Translations under genes and position numbers: made by a program
Notes under the pieces: generated by a model
Databases searched by the model: none
Told to the model about the DNA's origin: nothing
Seen by the model: the letters and a program-made list of their open reading frames with translations, nothing else
IMG/VR virus record: IMGVR_UViG_3300000176_000011
Coordinates: 1 to 59,917 of that record
Length of the DNA stretch: 59,917 bases
From: a virus
Taxonomy: Duplodnaviria > Caudoviricetes
Direction: 5' to 3' (one strand)
Part shown: positions 1 to 8,650 of the stretch, piece by piece
How the letters are laid out: each line of letters opens with the position of its first letter
How positions within the stretch are numbered: position 1 is the stretch's first letter

Positions 1-2
1 AG

Positions 3-443
3 TGGATGCTATTCGAGAAATGTATGCGTGGTGATACCAGTGATAATGTCTTCTCGGCGTATCCAGGTGTGCGTACTAAAGGTTCTAAAAACAAAGTTGG
101 TTTACTTGAAGCGTTCGAAGACCGTAAAGCCAAAGGATTTGCATGGAACAATCTCATGCTTCAGAGGTGGGTTGACCATAATGGACAAGAACACAGAGTC
201 TTAGAAGATTACCAACGTAATGTTCAGTTGTGCGATTTAACAGCACAACCAGACGATATTAAAGTTAAAATTAAAGAAACAATTAAGGCTAACGCAGTCC
301 CTAAGGATGTTAGCCAAGTTGGTATCCGTATGCTCAAATTCTGCAACGCATGGGATATGAAAAAGATAGCTGATAATATTCAGCAATATGCAGAACCGTT
401 TCAAGCCAAATATCAAGGAGAACTAAATGGCATATCTAACTAA
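3..443 (+). CDS. rnh: T4 RNase H-like 5'-3' exonuclease/flap endonuclease, C-terminal part (runs off the left edge)
   Basis: H3TH motif KCMRGDTSDNVFSAYPGV; frame open from position 3. Confidence 0.8.
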   Translation, partial: WMLFEKCMRGDTSDNVFSAYPGVRTKGSKNKVGLLEAFEDRKAKGFAWNNLMLQRWVDHNGQEHRVLEDYQRNVQLCDLTAQPDDIKVKIKETIKANAVPKDVSQVGIRMLKFCNAWDMKKIADNIQQYAEPFQAKYQGELNGISN

Positions 444-618
444 ACTAGCAAAAGTAAACGAATCAATCACTATTAATCGTTATGACAACGGATACATGGT
501 TGAAGTAGGCGGGCGTGACGACGACAACGAATGGAAGACCGCTAAGATCCTCTGTAATACAGACAATGATATGTTGGCTGTAGTTCAAGAGTGGACTACC
601 ATGTATCTAGATAACTAA
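427..618 (+). CDS. hypothetical protein (63 aa)
   Basis: ORF with AGGAG RBS just upstream. Confidence 0.7.
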   Translation: MAYLTKLAKVNESITINRYDNGYMVEVGGRDDDNEWKTAKILCNTDNDMLAVVQEWTTMYLDN

Positions 619-628
619 GGAGAACAAC

Positions 629-1132
629 ATGGCCACATGGACCGTTAGTACATATTATAAAAAATCTTGTCAAGAAGTTGAAACATACAATCAAAGAAAT
701 GGTGATGGTAAAGTTACCATTACTAACGGTTTCCGTTATGGCGAGTGGACTGTAGAAACTACAGATGATAATCCTCCAGAATTTGAATTCGTAGAAGTGC
801 CCGGTGGTGATGGCAAGAAAGACAGCATCAATATGTTAGACTGTGAAGTTAACAATATTGAAAGTGTTGAACTTGTAGAAATGTTTGACGGTGGTTGCTG
901 GTATGACGTTGAATTCGAGGGCCTTACAGAAGAAGAGGAAGAAGAAATTCAAGAGTTTATCGACGACAACAGTCCTTATGAATTAGAAGAACGCGAAGAT
1001 GATCCTTGGATGCAGGGTGATACAGAGTGGTGGATTTGGGGACCAATTGAAATTAAAAACGAAGATGGCGATACTGTGCGTATTATCTGTGCAGATGCCG
1101 ATGGCAATGTTATTGACTTTGTCGAGGAATAA
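629..1132 (+). CDS. acidic hypothetical protein (167 aa)
   Basis: ORF with AAGGAG RBS; D/E-rich. Confidence 0.75.
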   Translation: MATWTVSTYYKKSCQEVETYNQRNGDGKVTITNGFRYGEWTVETTDDNPPEFEFVEVPGGDGKKDSINMLDCEVNNIESVELVEMFDGGCWYDVEFEGLTEEEEEEIQEFIDDNSPYELEEREDDPWMQGDTEWWIWGPIEIKNEDGDTVRIICADADGNVIDFVEE

Positions 1133-1185
1133 ATACATATATTATTCCAACGCCTTCGGGGTAGAATAATACTAAGGAGAAAAAC

Positions 1186-1665
1186 ATGACCGAAATACAC
1201 GCCAAGCCAATTGTGGATGGTAAGTTTTGGATTGTAGAACAAGATGGTTCTAAGATCGCAACACTACACAAGAAAGAAAACAACAAATTTGTACTATCAA
1301 GTACTAACGGTGAACTAATGTTCAATCGAAAACAAGATCTAACCAAGCAATTTGGAGAAGGCTTTTTTCTAACTAATAATAAGATTAAAGTTACACAAGC
1401 TGAACCAAATGAATGCCACGGTTATCCAACTAGTGTAAAACCATACAATGCTATGTACGATGTAAGAAATCGACTGCCATTGTTTACCAAAAGTAATGCA
1501 AGTAAAAGTTTATATTGCGCTGGTTATTACACCATCAAGTTTAATAAAGGGTGGGTTAAATCATTCTGTCCTAAGGTTATTACATTAGAACGTAATGAAT
1601 ACAAAGGTCCTTTTAAAACTGAATTTGAAATGAAACAGGTATTAGCCAATGTCAAATCAGATTAA
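1186..1665 (+). CDS. hypothetical protein (159 aa)
   Basis: ORF with AAGGAG RBS; ATAAATA at 1129-1135 upstream. Confidence 0.75.
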   Translation: MTEIHAKPIVDGKFWIVEQDGSKIATLHKKENNKFVLSSTNGELMFNRKQDLTKQFGEGFFLTNNKIKVTQAEPNECHGYPTSVKPYNAMYDVRNRLPLFTKSNASKSLYCAGYYTIKFNKGWVKSFCPKVITLERNEYKGPFKTEFEMKQVLANVKSD

Positions 1666-1894
1666 TCTAACACCAATAACGCAGTTTATTCAAAGTGTCA
1701 GAGCCGCAGAACTAAGTCAAAGTAAAGAAGTAAAATTATCAATTCAACAAGCAAGGCTACTTAATTTAGCCCTTGCTGAATTGTTAGATAAGATTAATCA
1801 AGATTACGAGACTATGTTTAATGCACTTAAAAAAGGTGTTGATACAGAAGTTATTTCTATAACCATGGACGGTGGTGGTTTTAGCGACAAATAA
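1649..1894 (+). CDS. hypothetical protein (81 aa)
   Basis: ORF overlapping the previous stop; ends MDGGGF. Confidence 0.7.
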   Translation: MSNQINLTPITQFIQSVRAAELSQSKEVKLSIQQARLLNLALAELLDKINQDYETMFNALKKGVDTEVISITMDGGGFSDK

Positions 1895-1931
1895 AGATAA
1901 ATATATGCGTATATAATTTGAGGATACGCAA

Positions 1932-2216
1932 ATGTCGAGACCAAAGCCAAAAGTATTGTTAGAGCATACTAACAAAAAAACTTATAAATCTGAACAAGTT
2001 TTGGAAGCCGAGGCTATCTGGGCTGTATTCTACAAGAATGAGCCGTTTAATCTAAAATCATTTAATAGTTTAACTAGCTACCCTGGACCTAAATATAAAA
2101 AAGTATCATTTAGTAATCCAGGGCATGCTCACAATCTTGCTAAAAAGTTAAATTTAACATTTGGAACTGAAGATTTCCAAGTTGTTATGTTAACTCAAGG
2201 CACTATTATAAAATGA
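1932..2216 (+). CDS. hypothetical protein (94 aa)
   Basis: GAGGA RBS; GATAAATA at 1896-1903. Confidence 0.75.
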   Translation: MSRPKPKVLLEHTNKKTYKSEQVLEAEAIWAVFYKNEPFNLKSFNSLTSYPGPKYKKVSFSNPGHAHNLAKKLNLTFGTEDFQVVMLTQGTIIK

Positions 2217-2623
2217 TAACCCGAGACACATTAACCAAAATATTCTTACAACAATGGGGTAAGAGTACTGACAATATAAATGTCAAAATGTTTGGTCGTA
2301 AATGGTGGCAAAGTACTCGTGCAGGTAAACAAACCAATTTTAGATTAAGCGATGATGGATATGAGTTTTTGGTAAAAGAATTGGAACTTAGAGAATACGA
2401 AATTCCATTTACTGAACCAATTGAGCTTAGTCCACAAACTATCATATTTTTGGAAAGATATGTAGATTGCCCGTACTATCTTACTCCAATGTCAATAACT
2501 GTTTTTTCCGAACGCAAGAGTTTTGAGCTAATGTTGTTTTCTGACGATATTCGCAAATTTGGTTTGATTAAAGCCATGAATGAACGTGAAAAAGAATTGG
2601 CTAAAGACACAGAAAAAAGTTAA
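2213..2623 (+). CDS. hypothetical protein (136 aa)
   Basis: Start overlaps the end of the previous ORF. Confidence 0.7.
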   Translation: MITRDTLTKIFLQQWGKSTDNINVKMFGRKWWQSTRAGKQTNFRLSDDGYEFLVKELELREYEIPFTEPIELSPQTIIFLERYVDCPYYLTPMSITVFSERKSFELMLFSDDIRKFGLIKAMNEREKELAKDTEKS

Positions 2624-2631
2624 GAAACTCG

Positions 2632-2660
2632 TTGACATAGTGGCCGGTCTAGCGTATAAT
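2632..2660 (+). promoter_or_regulatory. consensus sigma70-type (early) promoter
   Basis: TTGACA 2632-2637, 17-bp spacer, TATAAT 2655-2660. Confidence 0.85.
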
Positions 2661-2718
2661 ACATGCATAGACAGCGTTATTCGTAACAACAATTTTTTTA
2701 ACTAAGATAGGAAACAAA

Positions 2719-3807
2719 ATGGCAGAAATCGTCAGTCGCACTGTAGGCCCTAGCGGTGCTAAAAAGTCTCTACGCAAGGCTTTTAAAAATCAGCGTCCAA
2801 TTTTCCTTTGGGGTCCTCCAGGTATTGGCAAGTCAGACATTATCAAGCAACTTGGTACCGAGCTAGATGCTCATGTGATTGACGTTCGTTTGAGTCTTTG
2901 GGAACCTACTGATATTAAAGGTATTCCATATTTTGACTCCAACGATAATACTATGCGTTGGGCTCCTCCAAGTGAATTGCCTAGCCAAGAATTGGCTAAT
3001 AATTATAAACAAGTCATTTTGTTCTTAGACGAAATGAACAGTGCCGCTCCTAGCGTACAGGCAGCCGCATACCAACTTATTTTGAATCGCCGTGTAGGCA
3101 CTTATAAACTGCCAGACAACGTTGTGCTAGTTGCGGCAGGTAACCGCGAAACTGACAAAGGTGTTACATTCCGTATGCCTGCTCCGTTGGCTAATCGTTT
3201 CGTTCACTTGGAAATGACTGTTAACTGGGACGACTATTTTGAATGGGCTGTTGAAAACAAGATTCACCAAGATGTTGTGGGCTTTTTGAGCTTTTCTAAA
3301 AAGAGCTTGTACGACTTTGATCCAAAGTCTAGCTCACGTGCGTTTGCTACTCCACGCTCTTGGAGTTTTGTAAGCGAATTGCTTACCGATGATGACGTAG
3401 ATACAGATACACTAACTGATTTGGTGTCAGGTTCTGTAGGTGAAGGTCTTGCTATTAGTTTTATGGCTCACCGTAAACATGCCAGCAAAATGCCTAATCC
3501 AACAGACATTTTGAATGGTAAAGTTAAAAAGATGGATTCGAAAGAAATTTCAGCCATGTATTCTTTAACTGTATCCTTGTGCTACGAGTTGAAAGACTCT
3601 TGTGACAAAAATGTTAAAAATTGGAATGACCAAGTTAACCATTTCTTTGAATTTATGATGAATAACTTTGAAACAGAATTGGTTATTATGGGTACTAAAT
3701 TGGCATTGAGCACTTACAAATTGCCATTAGATCCAGACGAAATCAAATGTTTTGATGAGTTCCATTCTAAGTTTGGTAAGTACATTAGCGCCGCAACTGA
3801 GAAATAA
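2719..3807 (+). CDS. MoxR-like AAA+ ATPase
   Basis: Walker A GPPGIGKS, Walker B LFLDE, sensor AAGN, arginine finger LANRF, TPRSW. Confidence 0.9.
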   Translation: MAEIVSRTVGPSGAKKSLRKAFKNQRPIFLWGPPGIGKSDIIKQLGTELDAHVIDVRLSLWEPTDIKGIPYFDSNDNTMRWAPPSELPSQELANNYKQVILFLDEMNSAAPSVQAAAYQLILNRRVGTYKLPDNVVLVAAGNRETDKGVTFRMPAPLANRFVHLEMTVNWDDYFEWAVENKIHQDVVGFLSFSKKSLYDFDPKSSSRAFATPRSWSFVSELLTDDDVDTDTLTDLVSGSVGEGLAISFMAHRKHASKMPNPTDILNGKVKKMDSKEISAMYSLTVSLCYELKDSCDKNVKNWNDQVNHFFEFMMNNFETELVIMGTKLALSTYKLPLDPDEIKCFDEFHSKFGKYISAATEK

Positions 3808-3823
3808 ATTGGTTTAAGGCTAT

Positions 3824-3852
3824 TTGACACCACCTTCGGGTGGTGTTATAAT
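3824..3852 (+). promoter_or_regulatory. consensus sigma70 promoter whose spacer is a UUCG hairpin
   Basis: TTGACA 3824-3829, 17 bp, TGn-TATAAT 3847-3852; ACACCACC-TTCG-GGTGGTGT spans the spacer. Confidence 0.8.
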
Positions 3853-3882
3853 ATATACATGTACAAAATATCAGGAGCAAAT

Positions 3883-5067
3883 ATGTCAAATTTAGATCCA
3901 ATTATCGACAAAATTATCGTAGCCCGAGTGGGTCTACTACTTCGCCATCCGTTCTTTGGCAACATGGCTACACGTTTAAAAATTGAAGAAGGTTCCGACT
4001 GGATGGGTACTGCCGCTACAGATGGTCGTACTATTTTCTTTAATCGTGAATTTTTTGAACCGCTTACAGTTAAACAGGTTGAATTTGTTATTGCTCACGA
4101 AATCTTGCACAATGTATTCGATCATATGGGACGACGCGAAGGTCGTAACCCACGTATCTTTAACATTGCCGCAGACTATTGTGTAAACGGACAGTTGGTT
4201 CGAGACCGCATCGGTGATCATCAAATTGCAGGTATTAAAATCTTTCACGATGCCAAATACTACGGTATGGGCGCAGAAGAAGTCTATGACAAAATTTATG
4301 ACGAAATGGACGAAGAAGAACTTAATCAATTAGGTCAACTATTAGATGATCACATTGACTGGGGCGACAAAGATGGCACAGGTAAACCCAGTTATACTAA
4401 AGAAGAACTAAAACAAATTCGTGACGAGATCCGCGAAGCTACAATGCAGGCCGCACAAGCCGCAGGTGCAGGTAATACTCCGGCTAGTGTACAACGCATG
4501 ATTAAAGAACTAACCGAGCCTAAGATGAATTGGCGTGAAATACTACGTCAACAAATCCAAAGCACTATTAAGAATGACTACTCATTTATGCGTCCAAATC
4601 GTAAAGGTTGGCACATGAGTGCTATTCTTCCTGGCACACAATTTGAAGACACAATTGATATCTGCGTGGCAATTGACATGAGTGGATCAATTGGCGATGA
4701 ACAAGCCAAAGATTTCTTAGCAGAAATTAAAGGCATTATGCAAGAGTACAAAGACTTTAAAATTAAATTATGGTGTTTTGATACTCGAGTTTACAATGAA
4801 GCCAGTTATGACGGTTACAACATTGACGAGTTTGACTACTACGAGCCAATGGGCGGTGGCGGAACTGAGTTCGATGCCAACTGGATATACATGAAGGAAC
4901 ATGATATTCAACCTAAGAAATTTATCATGTTCACAGACGGTTATCCTTGGGGTAGCTGGGGTGATGAAGATTACTGTGATACAGTATTCATTATTCACGG
5001 CAATGATAAGATTGTTCCTCCTTTTGGAGAATATGCGTATTACGAAGCAATTACGGAAAAAGCATGA
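3883..5067 (+). CDS. HExxH metallopeptidase-like plus VWA-domain protein (DUF2201-like), probable partner of the AAA+ ATPase
   Basis: AHEILH motif; MIDAS DMSGS, GGGTEF, FTDG; CAGGAG RBS favours ATG 3883 over 3859. Confidence 0.85.
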   Translation: MSNLDPIIDKIIVARVGLLLRHPFFGNMATRLKIEEGSDWMGTAATDGRTIFFNREFFEPLTVKQVEFVIAHEILHNVFDHMGRREGRNPRIFNIAADYCVNGQLVRDRIGDHQIAGIKIFHDAKYYGMGAEEVYDKIYDEMDEEELNQLGQLLDDHIDWGDKDGTGKPSYTKEELKQIRDEIREATMQAAQAAGAGNTPASVQRMIKELTEPKMNWREILRQQIQSTIKNDYSFMRPNRKGWHMSAILPGTQFEDTIDICVAIDMSGSIGDEQAKDFLAEIKGIMQEYKDFKIKLWCFDTRVYNEASYDGYNIDEFDYYEPMGGGGTEFDANWIYMKEHDIQPKKFIMFTDGYPWGSWGDEDYCDTVFIIHGNDKIVPPFGEYAYYEAITEKA

Positions 5068-5351
5068 GCTTAAAGAATGGCAAGCCCAATCCTCTAAATT
5101 ATTTTGACTTAAGGAGGGTTGAGTTTGCCTGCCCTCATTTTAAATATACTACTTTAGACAAATACAATCCTAACATAGTCAAATCCATCGATGCTTGGAT
5201 TAAGAAGAATTTAAATAATAGATACTATGTAGGACAAGGGATAGCCCTAGACAATACCAAAACTATAGTATATATTACACGTATAGGGTTTGAAAGTGAA
5301 AAGGAATTAAGTTTTTTCACAATTGCCTGCCCACATTTGCAGACGAGATAA
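5064..5351 (+). CDS. hypothetical protein (95 aa)
   Basis: ATGA-coupled ORF. Confidence 0.7.
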   Translation: MSLKNGKPNPLNYFDLRRVEFACPHFKYTTLDKYNPNIVKSIDAWIKKNLNNRYYVGQGIALDNTKTIVYITRIGFESEKELSFFTIACPHLQTR

Positions 5352-5384
5352 TTATATACGTACAAATCATATTAAGGAGATACC

Positions 5385-5642
5385 ATGACAGATACAGTAC
5401 AAAATCCAGCAACACCAGAACAAGCATCTACAGAGTTAACTATTAATGACCTAAATGCAATGAAAGTAATCATTGATATTGCTAGTTCACGTGGCGCTTT
5501 TAAACCAAACGAAATGGTAGCAGTTGGCCAAACATATACTAAACTAACAACATTTTTAGAAACTGTAGCCGCACAACAAGCCGCACAACCACAACAGCCA
5601 GCCGCTCCAACAGCACCAGCGACAGCACCAACAGGAGCTTAA
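5385..5642 (+). CDS. hypothetical protein (85 aa) with A/P/Q-rich tail
   Basis: AAGGAG RBS. Confidence 0.75.
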   Translation: MTDTVQNPATPEQASTELTINDLNAMKVIIDIASSRGAFKPNEMVAVGQTYTKLTTFLETVAAQQAAQPQQPAAPTAPATAPTGA

Positions 5643-5643
5643 T

Positions 5644-6270
5644 ATGGCCCAAGAACTCAAACACATAGGCCGTGTTAAAGCTACTAATAAAAAATGTGTT
5701 GTAGCTTATCGTACACTGCCTGGCGATGCATATAGCTGTTTAATTGTTCCAACAGAGAACATGCCAGACATCTATCATGACGCTCTTATTAATCTAGTAG
5801 AAAGTGGTTCAGGTCAAAGCTCTTATGAGCTTGCTGAAGCATTAGATCGCACTCAATTTCCAGATGGTTCACGTATGTTACCATGGTTGCATGCAAACAA
5901 TCGTTTGATTAAGGCACCTACTAATGCTATCGAAGTAACCCCAACAGTTCAAACTTCGATCTTGTTATCTGAACTTAATCAGATGATTGCAGAACAGCGT
6001 GGCGTCTCAGTAGACCAATTGGCTTTACAAGAAAGTCCAGAAAAAGAAATTGATAAAGCCACTGCAACACCACTTGATAATTCAGTGATTGAAACTAAAA
6101 AAGTTGGCAAAGTAGAGTCTTCGATAGTTCCTGAAGTTCAGCCTGTTACTTTTGACAACCCAGAATCAGAAGCCAAATGGTATCGCAGTCAAGCTGACAA
6201 ACTTGCCAAACAAGCCGCTGAAATGCGTCGTAAAGCAGAGGATCTGGTTCCGACCAAGAAGAAAGTATAG
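5644..6270 (+). CDS. hypothetical protein (208 aa)
   Basis: AGGAG RBS; C-terminal coiled coil. Confidence 0.75.
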   Translation: MAQELKHIGRVKATNKKCVVAYRTLPGDAYSCLIVPTENMPDIYHDALINLVESGSGQSSYELAEALDRTQFPDGSRMLPWLHANNRLIKAPTNAIEVTPTVQTSILLSELNQMIAEQRGVSVDQLALQESPEKEIDKATATPLDNSVIETKKVGKVESSIVPEVQPVTFDNPESEAKWYRSQADKLAKQAAEMRRKAEDLVPTKKKV

Positions 6271-6590
6271 TGACTAAAACGGGAAGAATTCTTCCCAAGG
6301 ATGTCATAGAGCATTGGCCAGAAGTATTCGGTGAAGTACATTTAAATGTGTTACCGCTTAGGTATCTCCATACCGTTTTGGTTAATTTTAAAGATGGCAA
6401 GGCTTGGGAAATACGCATCACTGCAAAAACTAAACGCAATGGCTGGCCAGCCTTTGAAAAGAACCTCAGCGAAATATTTAGAACCTATGAAGATCGAATA
6501 GATAACATAGATTTTAAATTAGACTCTGAACGTGTACGCAAGGATATAGAAGCAAGTACACAAAAATTTTTAAAGAAAAAGAAGTTATAA
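6270..6590 (+). CDS. hypothetical protein (106 aa)
   Basis: GTG start overlapping the previous stop. Confidence 0.7.
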   Translation: MTKTGRILPKDVIEHWPEVFGEVHLNVLPLRYLHTVLVNFKDGKAWEIRITAKTKRNGWPAFEKNLSEIFRTYEDRIDNIDFKLDSERVRKDIEASTQKFLKKKKL

Positions 6591-6593
6591 ATA

Positions 6594-7283
6594 ATGAATG
6601 TTAGATTACTTAGTTTCAGCCAACCAACTGAAGAATTTGCAAAATTGGGAATTGATGACGCCCAAGAGCTCATTGCCTATTGCGCCCGTGTGTCCAATCC
6701 TAGCAACCAACTTAACACCGAGACATCAGAAAAACTTATACGATACCTTATCAAACACAAGCACTGGAGTCCGCTCGAAATGGTCTCCGCTTGTATCGAA
6801 ATTACCACAACTAGAGACATTGCCAGACAAATCCTTAGACACAGAAGCTTCAGCTTCCAAGAGTTCAGTCAGCGATATGCTGACCCTACTCGAGACTTGT
6901 CGTTTGTATTGCGAGATGCTAGACGACAAGACACCAAAAATAGACAAAACAGTATAGAACTAGATGTCCATGGCAACGATGAAGATCGATTCCTAGCTTA
7001 CCAATGGGAACGTATGCAAGAACTAGTTATTAAACAATCAAGAGAAGCATACGATTGGGCGATTGAAAAAGGTATTGCTAAAGAACAAGCCCGTGCTGTA
7101 TTACCAGAGGGTTTGATCGAAAGCCGTTTGTACATGAATGGCACACTGCGTAGTTGGATACACTACTGTGAGTTAAGATCAAACAATGGAACACAAAAAG
7201 AGCATATGGAAATTGCGTTAGCCGTTGCTAAAGTAATATCCAAAGTATTTCCTATAATGGGTGACGTTTGTAGTGATTTGTAA
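6594..7283 (+). CDS. thyX: flavin-dependent thymidylate synthase
   Basis: HWSPLE and RHRSFSFQEFSQRY ThyX motif; EQARAVLP; ELRS. Confidence 0.95.
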   Translation: MNVRLLSFSQPTEEFAKLGIDDAQELIAYCARVSNPSNQLNTETSEKLIRYLIKHKHWSPLEMVSACIEITTTRDIARQILRHRSFSFQEFSQRYADPTRDLSFVLRDARRQDTKNRQNSIELDVHGNDEDRFLAYQWERMQELVIKQSREAYDWAIEKGIAKEQARAVLPEGLIESRLYMNGTLRSWIHYCELRSNNGTQKEHMEIALAVAKVISKVFPIMGDVCSDL

Positions 7284-7881
7284 GATTATTTATTGATACT
7301 TCTTCTTTACATATTGTGCAAGAACATCGAGATTGTATTCTTCCAATAGCCTGTTGTCGTATTTTTTCTTTAGTAGAATCTGTATGAATACGTCCAAGAT
7401 TATGCTTTTTCCTAACTTCGGATCTTTTCTTTTTTAATATTTTAGCTTCTTCAATACCATGAATTTGCTCATAAGTTTTGCCTCTTCTTACATCTGAAAG
7501 TTTTTTTGATCTTAATTGTTTAAGTTCTTGAGCTTTTTTAGTTCCATATCGTATCTCATATGTTTGCCCCTTTCCTCTGTTTAATTTAGAATAATCAATA
7601 TACTTAGATGTATCGCCACCATCCCCCGATTCTAATTTTAAGTTTGCCCATTTATCAGAATTTATAATATCTAATTTTTCAGATAATGGTATAGAAAAAT
7701 TCTTTAAATCTTCATTATTTGCAAATGTTCCTATTATTTCTGTAGTAACATTATTTCCATGTTTGTTAAGATGAGAAACCCAGCGTGTTCCAGAACCTTT
7801 ATATTTAAAGGGATCTTTTATTGTTTTTCCTAAATATTTTAAACCAGTGATTTTATGTGTTTTTATATATAAGTAAATCAT
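7252..7881 (-). mobile_element. free-standing GIY-YIG-family homing endonuclease with NUMOD3-like basic repeats
   Basis: N-terminal IYLY...KYLGKT...YKGSG; two RGKxYE..G...A..K repeats; HTDSTKEKI; lies between two copies of the thyX 3' end. Confidence 0.8.
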
Positions 7882-7886
7882 ACATT

Positions 7887-7894
7887 TATTTATA
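7887..7894 (-). promoter_or_regulatory. T4-type late promoter TATAAATA for the homing endonuclease
   Basis: Exact TATAAATA 5 nt upstream of the ATG at 7881. Confidence 0.7.
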
Positions 7895-7902
7895 TACTTT
7901 TA

Positions 7903-8022
7903 CATTTTATTGAATTGCGTAGTGCAAACGGTACTCAAAAAGAACATCAAGAAGTTGCTATTGCATGTGCTCAAGCGATAGCTGAGATTTTTCCATTAGC
8001 CACCGATCTTGTAGCCAATTAA
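7903..8022 (+). pseudogene. thyX: stranded second copy of the thyX 3' end (39 codons plus stop)
   Basis: Translates HFIELRSANGTQKEHQEVAIACAQAIAEIFPLATDLVAN*; 19/31 identical to HYCELRSNNGTQKEHMEIALAVAKVISKVFP encoded from 7161. Confidence 0.9.
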
Positions 8023-8650
8023 AATCATTTATTTTACTCAATGCCTCCTTATTGGAGGTATTTTTTTCCCCGTAATCTCGTCCGGCTAATGCTCCTAGAT
8101 AAGCATAAAATCCGTATTTGGCATCGACATTTAGAGTACACCACGCATCTAATCTACTTAAAGATTCCTCGTCGTTAGTTACTGCCAATTTACAAGATTC
8201 TCTAAAAGCACTGCGCCAGGTATTATAAGGATCTGTATTGAAGGCAGTAATATTACTAATAGTATCCATAGCTCTAAATTTACTACTGATATTAGTTGTC
8301 ATATCTATAGTATCAGTATTCATTTTTAAAGTAAGATTTTTTGGCAGTAATTTAACTCCACCGTACCCATATGATAAATTATTAATGGGATTTAAGCTAC
8401 GCCAGACGTGTACTATATCTAAATCCCATTCAGGAACTTTATAATCAAAATTGAAGTCATTTAATATAACTGCATCGGCATCTACTACCCACAACATTTT
8501 AGTAAATGCTTTACGAGCTGCCGCGATGTGAGCTTGATGTATACCTTCAACTCCATGTACACGTTTTGCTAATGGAAACTTTTCTTTTAAATTATTGAAA
8601 TTTTCGTCAGCATACTTTTCATTATAACTGATAAAGATTATATCATACAT
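7958..8650 (-). CDS. glycosyltransferase-like protein (GT-A, DxD)
   Basis: IIFISYNE...RVHGVEG..AH...WVVDADA; YGYGGVKL; paralog of the next gene. Confidence 0.7.
   Translation of the reverse strand: MYDIIFISYNEKYADENFNNLKEKFPLAKRVHGVEGIHQAHIAAARKAFTKMLWVVDADAVILNDFNFDYKVPEWDLDIVHVWRSLNPINNLSYGYGGVKLLPKNLTLKMNTDTIDMTTNISSKFRAMDTISNITAFNTDPYNTWRSAFRESCKLAVTNDEESLSRLDAWCTLNVDAKYGFYAYLGALAGRDYGEKNTSNKEALSKINDFNWLQDRWLMEKSQLSLEHMQ

Noticed and set aside
6586-6593. TATAAATA directly abutting the thyX ATG
   Set aside because: It overlaps the upstream stop codon, and transcription would begin inside the ORF. It is probably coincidental.
7161-7902. Group I intron in thyX
   Set aside because: No terminal G at the junction, no recognisable P7 core, the endonuclease is antisense, and thyX is already complete without splicing.
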